Source of the DNA: Parasitella parasitica NRRL 2501
Lineage: Eukaryota; Fungi; Mucoromycota
DNA: 64,000 nt
Direction: 5' to 3'
NCBI GenBank assembly: GCA_025201805.1
Contig: MU619289.1
Span: forward strand, 31,502-95,501
Positions 26,067 through 39,237 of the stretch are shown in pieces. Both the position numbers and the translations under genes were made by a program. The notes beneath the pieces are model-generated. The model did not search any database and was not told the DNA's origin. It saw only the letters and a list, made by a program, of their open reading frames with translations. Every line of letters starts with the position of its first letter. Position 1 is the stretch's first letter.

Positions 26067-28887
26067 CTATGCCAAATAATGATAAGCTCGTCTGAAAACA
26101 GAAGATAATAATTAAAATAATAATAGTTAGTATTGTCAATAGTCAGATCTTTTCTTGTTAAAAATTATTTACCTATCCTCTGCGCTTCTTTCCAGGTATT
26201 CACGATCAATCAAAGCCTCAATACGTTTTTTGATCATGACAGGACTAGGCATAAACCTCGAACTTAACTGCTTTGTTACTTCTGAAACCAATAAATTGTG
26301 CTCCATCAGCTTTCTATCCTTCATGATTCGCACAACGGAAGCCTCGATTTGGTGTTTACGCTCTTCGTCCACCTTATCTTGTGTATTCTTGCGTTCTCCA
26401 TCATTCTCCACTTTAGAAGCTAGTGCCTGAATTTTAATACGCGCCATATTGGAGGTGAAATCATTGTTGAATGAAAATGTATCGTCCGCCAGAATTTCCC
26501 TTCCTTTGGATGACTTTGTGAGTATCTTATATTTGGCACACGCAAGTGATTGTAACGTCCTCTTTAGATCTTGATCCGCAATTTGTGTATAACTCTTGAT
26601 ATCGTCCCACGATAAAGTATCATTGGTATTAAATAATATCAATACAATCATAGCATAAGTGGACACGTTGAGTAAATGTTTCCCCTTTTTGAAAAGAGCA
26701 CGAATATCAGCGGATCCCATTTGAGGCTGCCATGTTAAGCGACGACCGCTATGTCTATCAAAATAAAAATGCTCGAACGAATTGCATGCTTGTGTGACAT
26801 TAGCAGGCATGATGCATTTTGGTGAAGCTGAAAGATTCATTGGCCAAAACGTTGACGTGAGCACTGTTACGGAAGCATCTAATGCGAGCTTGCCAGCTTC
26901 AGGCTTTGCCTTTTCGAGGTGTTCTTTGAAAGCTATACTCATTTCCGTAGATAATTTCATATCATTAAACATGCCCTCCAACTTGTTTGTGAATTGGTAG
27001 CCGCATTCCCTCTAAAACAAAACAAAAAAAAGGGAAATGGATTAAAAAATATAATACTGTCTCGAAACTAGTTTACCTTTAACTTTGAGAGCATGCCTCT
27101 TTCAGCATCATCGGAAACGCTCTTGTTCAATAATAAACGCTTCGCTAAATGCTGTTTATAATAGCGTTCAAATACATCCTTGTCTTGTAAGAATCGGAAC
27201 AATGTAATCGTTTTATCAAGTATATCGTCCACTTCATCCTCTGATTTCTAAAGGTTGAAAAATATAGATTAGACATAATACTGATTTCATTTGAAATCCA
27301 CTTACGCCTTTGAGGCCCTTTTTCAAATTCTCGTCGATAAATAATGAAATGAATTCGGACGATTTTTGGTTTGCATTAATAAACTTTTCAAATGCTTCAT
27401 TGAAAGCAGTTTGAAACGATTTATCTTTACTGGTAGCCAAATCTAAAATTTTGTCAAACTTGTTTTGAAGTGTCAAAACCTCCATGACCCAGTTAATGGC
27501 GATGCTGCTGGAACCTTTTTCAACTTTGGATTTTAAATCGCTCATGATGTGTTGATTGATTTCCGCTCCCAATGTCAGAATATAATTGCTTATAGAGGCT
27601 CTCATTTCGTTCAGGCCAGCTGGAACTCGTGAAAACAAACTGTACATACGTGACAAATCTTATCAATTGTGAGTATGTTGCTCTAAATTATGATGTTGAA
27701 AATTTTACCTCCATATTTATCTGCTGTCAACATACTATCAAGACCTGAATTTTTCATCTGCCAATTCACAAATAGGTTCAATATTTTCCAGCAATTATCT
27801 TCAATTCAAGCTTTCCCGCATATATACCTCCATCAATGTCTTCAAGTTGTTTGCTATTAATTGAGTCTCGACAATTGTACGTATTTTCAACTCTGTGGTC
27901 ACAGCTAAACAATGCACTGTGCGTTCGTATTCCTCTTCTAGTCTTTTTTCGACCTAAGTTTCTAGGTATTAATAGTTTTGTAAGCTTTCTTTGGTTTTTG
28001 CATAAATTACCTTCCGCATAAATTCAGGTGCATCATACGAGGAGACTAATTTTTGGCTCTCGATCTGATAATACGAGGTAGTTGTAACCAGATAGGTCGC
28101 CTCAAAGTCAATCGCGTATACAGTTAACTTTGTATCTGGATCAGTCAGTTGAACCAACATGGAAACGGCAGATTGAATTGCGCTTCTATCAATGACATCT
28201 CCATTGCGTTCCAATTGAATTTGTGTCAACATGGCTGAAATTAAATGCTTTTGAATTGGATACTGTTTGGAGCGTATGACTTTATCACGGAAAAGATTGA
28301 GTCCCATCTCATCGACGCTTGGTAAGTTGTATTTTGGTAATCTATCATTCTATAAGAAAGAAAATGAATTTCCAAGAATTCTTATTTTGAAAAATGCTTT
28401 TTGCATACCAGGTAGTATAGAACTTGCAAAATAAGGTCAATTGCAGCCTTGTAATCATCCCATACTTTCTTTACGGCTTTTAGAAAAGAAGCACCTTCAT
28501 CAGCAGTGCTGGTTTCGACGGAAGTGTTGATGAATGCAGGTACAATGGCTTGTTCCGCAATGCTTTCCAAGTAGTTGGCAATGACCTTCTCAACATCGTG
28601 ATATAAACGCTCTCCAAATTGTCGAATCGTAAGTTTGTACGCTGTACGATAGAGCAATTCGTACGATAATTCTCTGGCTTGTTTCTGGAATATTACCGTA
28701 ATGGCGTTACTAAGTATTTCAAAGCCTTCGTCATATTCCTGAGTATGGTCCATCGCCAACTACAAAAATTACGTACACAGTAAATAAGACAGCTTCGATA
28801 TCATTAAGTTTCCAAAAAAAAAAAAAAAAAATAAGCCAAACTTACTGCACGCTTTACAGGTCTGATTCTTCCTTTTTTCAGAGACAT
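26067..28887 (-). CDS. CUL3: Cullin-3, multi-exon
   Basis: '[11 protein letters not shown]', '[15 protein letters not shown]', '[13 protein letters not shown]', neddylation motif '[13 protein letters not shown]', C-terminal YHYLA*. Confidence 0.92.
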
Positions 28888-29074
28888 TATACCTTGCTTT
28901 TACTATATAAAAAGGATGTAATGATGAGGGAAAGGAAGATGAAAAAGCATTGCGAATGTTGGAGGTGCTTATAGAGAAAAGTTCTGTCATTCAAATTCCG
29001 TGATACTCTCATAGCCTCATAATGGCAATGATCCCTTGCTCTTTTTGCTTGATTTTTTTCTCCAGCCATCAATC

Positions 29075-29311
29075 ATGAAACCTACCAAAAGTATCTCTGC
29101 GATTGCAAAAGGCGTCGCTTCATGCCCAGCTCAAGCAGCAGCGTATGGAAAGTGTATTGCATCAAGCTACAAGGATGTTCAAAAGGATATGTGTCAGAAA
29201 GAATTTTTGGCATTCAAGCAATGCGTTCAGCAAGTTGTAAGTCTTTTTCATATCACTGTTCGTTTTTCAACTGATTCCCAATGGTTAATTTAGATGAAAA
29301 AGAAATGGTGA
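29075..29311 (+). CDS. Twin CX9C mitochondrial protein, NDUFAF8-like complex I assembly factor (~59 aa)
   Basis: CPAQAAAYGKC...CQKEFLAFKQC twin CX9C; intron ~29237-29293; last exon MKKKW*. Confidence 0.75.
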
Positions 29312-29540
29312 ACAGTACCCTGACAATGTAAAATAGATAATAGTACTAGTTAAAATACCATGAATAAAAACTCTTTGTAAATCCTTCAGATATTCTGCTG
29401 ATTGACATTTCGTCAATGTTATTGGTCCCAAAAGAGGAGTGAGAAGCAAGGAAACATTAATTCAACTGATGGATAAACCCCTGATATTTTCTTTTTCTCT
29501 TGACCCCAACTCTTAATTTATTTTATTTATTTCTGACTAA

Positions 29541-30742
29541 ATGGCCACTACAGCCGTTACTACTGCTGATGATGAACCCAAGGCTACTGTCTTGGAAGTA
29601 TCTCCCGTACAAGAAGAACATAAAGTAAAGTGTGATAATTTGTTTACAATTCACATTAATAATCTTTTTATTTAGGTGTTTATTGGTAATCTGTCTTTCA
29701 AGACTACTAAAGAAGCCCTCGTTTCGTTTGCCTCGTCATCCGGGAAAGTGTAAGTTTTTTTAGCCAGTTTGTACGAGTATTATTTCTCAAGTATTTTTTG
29801 GTGTGCAGTTTGGATGCAACCATCATTACCAAGTATAAACGCTCTCTTGGTTATGGATTTATCACATTCGAAACAGAGAAGGAAGCTGAGCAGGCAGCAA
29901 AAGATCTCGATACCAAATCATTGGATGGCCGTGAAATCAATGTTGAAGTCGCTCGCCCCAAACCAGAACCAACTGCGAATGTACCTAAAAAAACAGGCAA
30001 ATCAAAGCGTAATGCATACCGTCGCAGTAAGACTGCTGCAGCTTTATCAACCAAAGAATCAACGATCAAGAAAGAAGAAGGAGAGCATATCGCGCCTGTC
30101 AAAAAGGAAAAGTCTACTAAAAAGGAAGGGAAAGTAAAGAAAGAGGTGCCCCTAAAGAAGGAGACTCCCGCTACTTCCACTGCCACTGACGGTCCAGCTG
30201 CCAATACTGATCCCACTGCTGTGACGTCAAATGAACAAGAGCAAGAGCAAGAGCAAGAGCAAGAGCAAGAGCAAGAGCTAGAAAAGTCTCCCGAGCAAAT
30301 TGCTAAAGAGGGTGCTGCTCGTCGTAAACGTAACCAAAAAAACAAGAAACGCCTAAACAAGAAGTCTGCCGAGAAAGCTACGCGTGCCAGCGAGCCATCC
30401 AAGACCACTTTGTTTGTGGCCAATTTACCTTATGTTACTACAGATGATGATTTGTACGGAATCTTTAAAGACTACAAACTGGTTTCTGCTCATGTGGCTC
30501 GTATGAACAATGGATGCTCAAAGGGGTATGGATTTGTGGAATTCGAAAATGAGCAAGAGCGATCAAAGGCAATTGAGTCCATAAAGGATGTTGTGCTGGA
30601 AGGCCGTTCTATATATTTAAAGGTTGCTCTCGCCCACCAAAAATTGTTGACTGGGGAAAATAACGATGAAATCGAGAAGAAAGAGGAGATGTCTCCTGGC
30701 GATTCAGCTGTTGATGCTCTTAAAGTAGAGGATACCAAATAA
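29541..30742 (+). CDS. Two-RRM RNA-binding protein (Sbp1-like architecture)
   Basis: RRM1 VFIGNLSF/SLGYGFITF; RRM2 TLFVANLPY/SKGYGFVEF; basic linker. Confidence 0.85.
30235..30278 (+). repeat. (CAAGAG)n coding microsatellite (QE repeat)
   Basis: About 7 perfect copies. Confidence 0.9.
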
Positions 30743-31082
30743 TAATAAAAGCTGCTTGCACCAACAATGATATAGCATATAGTTTAAAGCGCTTGTGATT
30801 TATTGTGCTAATTATTGGGTTCAATAGACAAAAATTGATTGTTCTGTGTAAAGGAAGCCAGATCAAGTACATCGAATTCCTCGCGTTACTTTGTCCAATA
30901 AATCAGGATTATCTAATGCAACCTGAACTTCATCCCAGAAATCCTTTCAGTATCCTATTAATAAATTTCAGTTTTCTTTTATTTTTAATGTAGCTTGATA
31001 TCAAAAATGACAAATAAGCGGGTATTCATGCCAACTGCTGTCGTTTGGATTTGTTGTTTATTTACAATAGAAAATTAGAATA

Positions 31083-31122
31083 TAAAGAATAAAGAATAAA
31101 GAATAAAGAATAAAGAATAAAG
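31083..31122. repeat. (TAAAGAA)n heptamer microsatellite between converging genes
   Basis: About 5.5 tandem copies. Confidence 0.9.
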
Positions 31123-31223
31123 GTTGCCCAATCTCTGATACACTGTCATAATACCAAAGTTCTGAACAATAACGCAAGTAATAAAAATTGTGTGATTAAT
31201 GAAATCAAAAAATGGTGGTCTCT

Positions 31224-32976
31224 TCAAGATGAGACGCTTTCTTTTTCAGAAACATCTCCCTTCTTGTCTGGCGTGTGAGTAAAGACATCCTTCGTCTTTT
31301 CGTCGTAATCAGAGTCAGTGGCAGCTTTGGCAGCCGCAAGCTCCTTTTTCGCATTCCAAACAAGCAACGATTTAGTAGAAAAGACAACATCCAGTTCTTC
31401 CAATGTCTTATTGCTAGTTTCAGGGTATAAAGCCCATACGATGGGAATGGCAATGAAATTGAAAGCAGCAAATATCAAAAAGGTGATCCATCCTAAACCT
31501 GCAATCATAGGAGGAGTGATTTCCATGACAAGCGCATTGCCGATCGACCAGCCCACAACAGAGTAGGCGCCACCCTTTCCACGTACTTTGGTAGGGTAAA
31601 TTTCAACAGGATATAACCAAGGCACAGTCAACCATGTCATACCAAAGAAAGCAGTGTATAAAAAGGTAAATACAGTGGCACCAATACCATAACCAAGTGG
31701 ATTTTGACCCATAATCTCGGGCTTTGTCAGGACAGCAACCATAATAAGCGAGATACCTTGGCAAACAGCACCATAGAACAATGTAAATCTTCTGCCCCAT
31801 TTATCAAGCGTAAATACAGCAACAAGGGTGGCAAGCATATAAGAAACGTTGTTGATGCCAGACAGCAGTTGAGCAGTTCTCTCGGAGAAACCTGCACTTG
31901 TGAATACCAAAGGTGCATAGACAGTGATCACTGCTATACCAGTCAATTCTTGAATTATTTGCAGCCACACAGATAACTGAACTCGACGGGAAATGTTCAA
32001 TTTGTCCTTCTTGAAAAGCATGCTAATATAACCAGGCTCGCCCTCGCTCTCTTCCCGTTTGATACTAGTGATGATATCGTCGTACTCTTTCAAGACATCA
32101 GGATGATTTGGATCGCCACCACCACGGAGAGCAGCCAAAATTTCAAGACCCTCATCAGTGCGTCCTTTCTTTAATAGGTACCGGGGACTTTCAGGGAAGA
32201 AATTAATACCAACAGCGAGGATAACCAATGGAATCAGTTGAAAGGCAATAGGAAATCTCCATCTAAAACCTCCATCAACGAATGACAAACCATATGCCAA
32301 CCAATACTATAGATTGGAAATTCTTTGAGTTTATACACTGTGTAAAAGCTTAAACTCCTTTACTAGGACTTACAGCAACAACAACACCAAATATATTTAG
32401 TGTAAATTCAGAAGCCAGCATGGCACCACGAGATGTGTGATGAGATGTTTCAGCGCTCCAAACAGGCACCACAGCATTACTACCAAAAGTTAATACTTTT
32501 GCACCAAGATTGCCGTAAAATAATACTTACAGATGGCCGGTGCCAATGCCGGTAATAATACGGGAACAGATCATCCAAGCGATATTTTGAGCAGCAGTTT
32601 GCAAGCATGCACCCAGGATAGCAATAGCACAGCCCAATATGATGGTCTTAATACGACCAATTTTATCGCCAATGTGTCCGCCCATCAGAGCACCAACCAA
32701 GGTACCAACATAATATACAGCAACAACACCACCTAACAGTGCTTCATTACTTTGCAGACCCATAATATTAACATAATCAGGAGAAATGTTGACACCACTC
32801 ATCACGCCCTGGTCATACTGTAATATTAGATTGTTTGTTAGTATTGTACTGCCATTTGTATGTAGAATGTATATACATACGCCAAAAAAGAAGATACTGA
32901 GACCAGCAGCTAGATTGATAGCAAGAACTAGACTACCATTAGTAAAATGGTGGTAAACGTTAAATCGTTTAAACAT
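31224..32976 (-). CDS. MFS sugar porter (STL1-like sugar/polyol transporter), 4 exons
   Basis: 'FFFG/YDQGVMSG', 'GDKIGRIK', 'WRFPIAFQ', 'FPESPRYL', 'QELTGI', 'PWLYPVEI', 'YPETSNKTLEELD'. Confidence 0.92.
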
Positions 32977-33058
32977 TTTTTAGCAGGCTTTTTCTGGATC
33001 TTTTGAAAAGGGTAGAAAATAGCCGCCTTATTTATATGATTGTTGTGGCAAGATGCTT

Positions 33059-33256
33059 CCCCACACAATCGGTCAAATGACATCAGGAAATCAAATCAAA
33101 TTTGTTGCAAACGGTGTACAAAATGACCTCGAATGCTAAAATAAAATAGTCATTGGCTAACAATTCTCCGGAGAGTGTAATGCTTGTGTTGTGTTGTATG
33201 GTGTATCATGTTCAAATCAAGGGGAACCATCTCCGCCATAATTATTGAATGCGGGG
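33059..33256. promoter_or_regulatory. Cluster of CreA/Mig1-type SYGGRG sites upstream of the sugar porter
   Basis: CCCCAC 33059, CTCCGGAG 33166 (both strands), CTCCGC 33231, GCGGGG 33251 in AT-rich DNA. Confidence 0.45.
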
Positions 33257-35935
33257 CATGTTGCACTTTGATGTTCTTTATGGTAAGAGAAATAAGTAAA
33301 AGAGAAATGAGTAAAACAAGTGCCATAATGTGTGGCAAATGAAAGGATACATAATCGTATATATATATCTGGACATGACAAAAAAAGAGAACATGCGCGC
33401 TATACTAGTTTATTTGCACGGATTTGTTTCTTTTTGTTTTTATTACTGTTGTTGCAACACATTATAAAGCTGAGGATATTATAAGCATTACTCGAAAAGC
33501 AACCATGTGAAAAAAAAGAAATGTCTTGATTTAGTTAATTTATCCGATTGACTATTCTCCATTAGGATATAAGTCCATTAGGATATACATCCATTATACC
33601 TCCATATGTAAGAATATCGAATTCTAGGAAGTAAAGGTTGCTTGTTTTTGTGTTCCGTAGTAATCTAAGGTATAGCATTGTTTGACTCAAAGCTTTTGCA
33701 AACCAGAGAAATAATAATAGATAGAATTTTAATTTACGTCTTGCAAATGCAAAGCACATGCCTGTCATTGACACTGCACTAGTTAATTGACACTTGGCAG
33801 TTCATGATACAACAAGGAATATTATTTTAGGTCCAATGTTACACACATGAATACGTTGATTGTGATGTTGAAAACAATTACCCGCATTGTTTCACTGACA
33901 TGATATAATTAATTAAGCCTACAATAGCCTACCAAAGTATTATTTTTTGAGAGCAATGGAAGCATGACTTGGATTTTATTATCAAAAACTGGTATGCTGA
34001 CGATGCATTGCTCCCTATACTGTAATTTATTTCATACAGAGCTGTATCTAATATAGCAGATTATCCAAGAGATTTTCAATATCGCTTTAAAGAAAAAAGG
34101 GGAGAGGGCACATAAATGTCAGGATACTCAACAAAATACGCATCAAAATACGCATCAAAATACGCTTTTGGCTATGTATGCGGGTAGCCAAGAAAATAGC
34201 CTTTATTAAATGAGTGTAAAAAAAAACTGAAGGCAATATTAACAATGGTGTAATAATAGTTAATTTTGAAAGCTAGTAGTAATGCCATTCTCTCAGAATT
34301 AATCAGAATAAGTATTGATACTATATTACAATTTTATTAAACTATTTTCAATGGCCCAAGCTACCTCCAAGCTCTACAAGTTATCTTACTATATTAACTC
34401 TATATACTTTTCTCGCTTAGATCTTGCTTGTTGCCAGCTAAATCTGCACGCAGCAGCAGCAGATGCAAATTCAACCTCCGGGTTTAATTTTTGGAAGGTT
34501 TACTGGAGGCCGGATTTTGACCTCAAAAAATAGGATTCAAGATTGGTTTGGCAGTTTTTTGCCAATATCTCTAAAACCTATTAATACAATGTTTAGTATA
34601 AGATTAAGTACATTTGTAAACTGCTTAATTTTGTATGTAATGGTATACTTTTTGAAAAAGTTTTCACTGATAATCTCTAGTAATCTGCGATTAACGAAAA
34701 CATGCTTTTTCAGCTGAAAGTCTATATTTTGCATATTTAATACCTAAAATGGTAATACTATGTCTAAAGCGAAGTACAACGGAATGTTTTTGATTAAAAT
34801 ACACCATTATAAAAAGCGTCATTTTCAAGGTCGAACTCGACAAATTGTGTTTTTCATTCATTTCGCCTTATGGGACCTCATGAAAAATTGTCAAAAATTG
34901 ATGATTTTTTCCTCGCCTATTTTTTTGGTAGAAATGCATCGAACAGTGACCAAGAACTCTGGAAAACCATTTGGTGTCGTTTTAAGCGCTTGAATTGGTT
35001 GAAAAGTGCATGAATTCCATGAAAGTTGTGAAAAAACAATGACATTAGTGGCTATCGAGTAATCAGATTCGCTCCTTAATACATTTTATGGTGCTTCCAT
35101 GGCGACAGTATTTGTTGCACGTAAAGAAAGCAAGTTTTCGATGTGCAAGAGTTGATTTTCGTCAAATGATAATATATGCATTTTCTTGCAAAATATTATG
35201 ATGCCACAGTATCTAATGTAATATCTTGTTTCGAAAATATCACACGAAAGTGCATTTTATGCATTTCTAATCGTCCATAGTTATCTCATAACTGCACTTC
35301 ATTCGTCATTTGAAAATTGTTTACAAATAAAAAGAGCTTTAGCTATATTTTACAGACGATTTTTGTGTGGACAGCTAATCAACCTCTGTCTTTCTGCAGA
35401 TTTACTTCAATCCATTGACCTCTTGGAATAGCTTGGTAAATATCAATTTCGCATTTCGGCACTCTGTAGAAAAGTCTTCGTAACTAGACTGGACCGAGAA
35501 ATCATTGAAAGTGATAAATGTCCTTAAAAATAAATTTTTATCAAGCACTCTTAAGAACCAAGTAATGTCGGTGACAGTGTGAATAGGAATATTCGCAAAT
35601 TTGTTCTACCGTCTCAAAATGAGACATATTCTCGAGAAATAAATTACAGCGAGGCAATTTCTTTGAGCAGATAAATTTGATTTCAACTCTTGTGATCACT
35701 GTAAGCAACAACAAACAGATCCTCCACTATACATATATGCTATCAATAAGTTATCGTGCCCTCTTGATGTCGTTTTCACGACATGTATATAATACGGGCA
35801 TTGCATGGTAATCATGAAGAAACCAAGGCTGATCACGTCACGGCTTGTTTCAGGCATTGTAAACGATTCCAGTTGAGTGATAGCTGATTGTAGTGTTTCC
35901 CTTCTTCTTTAATCTCACTTTTCCAGTTTAAAAGC

Positions 35936-36274
35936 ATGTCTGCGACAAATACGCCGAATTCTATCCATTCACCTCACATTGAAAGTAGAGACCCTATTAT
36001 GGAAGACGATCATTTTTCTCTTCGATACGGCAACCCTATCAAAGTTATCCATGACATTAAAAAGCACAAACTGGATGATTTTAAGCCTACAAAAGAGCAT
36101 GTTTCTGGCGCATTAGCAAGCACCATTGGGGATGCTTTGACAAGCGATAAAAACCAGCAACCTCCTCCTTTGACAAAGAGCGATTCTGGTTTTCTGCGTG
36201 ATTCAACCATCTGCTCTGAATTTTATCACGATAAAAAAGGCGGCGTAACCGAAGTTGAACATAGAGACTACTAA
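35936..36274 (+). CDS. Hypothetical hydrophilic protein, 112 aa
   Basis: Single clean ORF with good ATG context and protein-like composition; no recognisable domain. Confidence 0.6.
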   Translation: MSATNTPNSIHSPHIESRDPIMEDDHFSLRYGNPIKVIHDIKKHKLDDFKPTKEHVSGALASTIGDALTSDKNQQPPPLTKSDSGFLRDSTICSEFYHDKKGGVTEVEHRDY

Positions 36275-36474
36275 AAATAGGATAATAAACATAGCTTTTT
36301 ATTAATGCAGCTAACTCATGGGTTTTGTCTGTTCTGTACGTTAATCTCCAAGACCTTCAGCACCACGTGAAGTTACACATTGGTGTTTGTTTGCCTTTCC
36401 GACATTTATTTAGTGCAGCTTCATTATATTAAATCTTTTTTCAGTCTACAACCATTCCTTGTAGATATTAGTAA

Positions 36475-36532
36475 ATGTCCTTTAGTTTTCCTAAAAGAAG
36501 CCACTCTCTCGTTCATCATCAAAATCAAAAAG

Positions 36533-36615
<83 letters not shown>

Positions 36616-37968
36616 TGCCGACATCAGCATCAGCATCATGTAAATAACTTGCTGCCACGTATACACCCACCACCGCAGCGAACATCTTCTATCAGAGACC
36701 ATCAGTCAACTAGGTTAACTAGATCAAGTTCTTTACCTAAACTTTCTAAAAAGGCAAGTTTGATGGATTGTAAACGTTCCCTTATTAACATCTGCGAAAA
36801 CAAAAATCAGGCACCAGTGAGGACGAAATCAATGCCACAAAAGTTGCATAAACTGAATGAACCACTTCCGCCCATTCCACCATCCTTATTCGAAGAGCTT
36901 GAAGCTGGGGCAGCGATAACACCGCCTACTCGATCCTCAAGTTTGAGATGGCCTCGTAGACTCAGAAAAAACGAACGAGATGACGAGATTACCAGAACAC
37001 TTTTAGAATGGAAGCACAAGTCTGTGTTTAAAGTAGATTGGTCTAACATGTTTCCTGCAACCGTGGAGCTGTGGAAGATGAATGGCAACATCTTTGGGTC
37101 AATAGAAGATATAGTAGCTTTGAAAGAAGGCGATGAAAAACTGGTGCGAGAGACTGCAGATTCTTTATGGTTGGAAGATGCGCAGCATGTCCCAAAAAGA
37201 GAAATCGCTGCTTATATTGGTAAATTGTAAATGCAGATCGTACAATCACTCGTTTAATTAGCATCGTTATCTAATTACATGTTTTTTTGTGCCTAGTGAT
37301 CCGTTTTGCCATAGAGTATTGAGAAAATACATGGACCATTTTGATTTCACGGGAATGAAACTAGACGAGGCATTCAGGTACAGGACAGCGGTGAATGAAA
37401 GCAAACTACGACAACATGCTCAAATTGTTGAAATTATAGAAAGCTATGCCAAAAGCTTTATTTCAGAGCTGAAGCCCAAGAGATTGATCGTATTTTGGAA
37501 GCATTTTCCTATAAATTTTGGAGCCAGAATCCTGATAAACAACTATATCAAAATGCAGGTAGAGTTTTATTTATGCGATTATTGGTGCGAGATGTTGACT
37601 TTTTTTTTTTTTTTTTTTTTTTACATGTATCAGACGTCGTATATACCATTATCTATGCCATCATGTTACTGAATACTGACCTTCACCTGGTTCAAATTAG
37701 TAGCCATTCCAAAATGACTAGTGATTTGTTTTGCAAGAATACAATGTCGACTGTCCTTGAACAAAAAATGGATTTGGATCAAAATTTCGAACCGTGGAAA
37801 ATGCTATTAGAATCATATTTAAGAGACATTTATGCATCAGTAAAGAATCAAGGCATTTTGCAACCTGTGTCAGAAGATGAGGCGCCAAAGTCTTTTCTGA
37901 AAAGAGTGGGATCATTGACGCAGAGGAAGAAAAAGGAGTCTTCTTGCTCTTCTTCTGAATGTGGATGA
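36475..37968 (+). CDS. Sec7-domain Arf GEF with N-terminal polyQ (Syt1/EFA6-like, no PH domain seen)
   Basis: Spliced 'YMDHFDFTGMKLDEAFR/KLCQKLYFRAEAQEIDRILEAF' (Glu finger), 'YAIMLLNTDLH'. Confidence 0.85.
36534..36615 (+). repeat. (CAGCAA)n coding microsatellite, polyQ of about 27
   Basis: Perfect hexamer array. Confidence 0.95.
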
Positions 37969-39237
37969 TGCAAAATTATCAAATAAATAGGCATCACTAT
38001 TACCACCTGTTTAAATTACTGAAAGAAGGCTTTTCATCAATGCGTCATCAGATAATATTATCCATTTTTGCACATTTTGCGCCTAATGACCAGATCAAAC
38101 GAACCTGCTTCACATAGATAAGGGGCATCACATGTAACAATGTTCCTATTTCGAGTTAAATGCTTCTTCCTTCAAAAGAAAAAAGTGCTTTCAAGTGATA
38201 CAACAATGGCGTATAATAGTCATGATTAATGGCTCAGGTTATTGCATGGAGGAATAGCTCTCGCTATATATGTACAAGATCCAGTGCTTTGAATACCATG
38301 AAATGACACCTTGAGTATGACCAAACTTTTGTGGATTATACAATCACATTCAAAACAAAAGACGACAACAGTTGATACAAATGTGTGAGAATTTTTTTGA
38401 CATGAGGATATTATAAAGAGTCCTTATCATTTCTAAATATGTATGGCATGTTGTTTGTTGGATGCAAAGTGGATGATAAACACATTATGTCCACCCAGAT
38501 TTACTTACTAGTGTAGATACTCTGGTATTTTTTTTTTTTTTTCGTTATCCGTACATGATGGTATATCCATTCTTTAAAAAAAAAACTATTGTTAAAAAAC
38601 AAATATACGTGTAACCGAAAATACCGGAATAGACTTTTTGATTTTCTTATCGATTCAAAAAGAAACTATTCTCACGGTGCTTGATTTAGAAAGGAGCTAT
38701 TGTAAAAGTAGAGCGTGATATGTGTTTTCGCTCGTTAGTTGAATAGCTTCTTCACCCAATAGAATAGGACGGAGCGGCGAGCCCTCACATGAGAATGCCT
38801 GTCAAAATCTAAAGCGAATAAGATCGATTCTTCTTATCAATGCTTATTAAGGAAATTTCGTATTGCTCTTACTGTAGATCTATCCTTACAATATAGCATA
38901 TACTTTAAATTCAAGATGCAAATGCAAGGCATGCTGCTAGTAGATCGGACGTCAGCGAGCTTAGGCCAGAAATTTCGGTAAATTTAGTACGACAAAAAGC
39001 CATTTTATCAGAGCTTTTTCAACGGATGCAGCTTGTACAAGAACATGAAATTGTCTTATTTTCCTGGGAAAATACTTGATAAAATCCCACGTGATAAGAT
39101 CAAGGAAGCATCTTATCAGTAAACCTCCTTATTATTTTCGTTACACTCCAGAATCCGTTTCCTATAAAAATATTAGATTTGAAAGGCTGAAATTGCTAGC
39201 TTATATTTAGTCCCTTTTTCTTTCTCTTTTTTACAAA

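Noticed and set aside
29851-30423. 190-aa antisense ORF with an SC repeat
   Set aside because: Shadow of the RRM gene and its CAAGAG repeat
36380-36702. Poly-SN, poly-L and poly-VA ORFs
   Set aside because: Alternative frames of the (CAGCAA)n polyQ microsatellite
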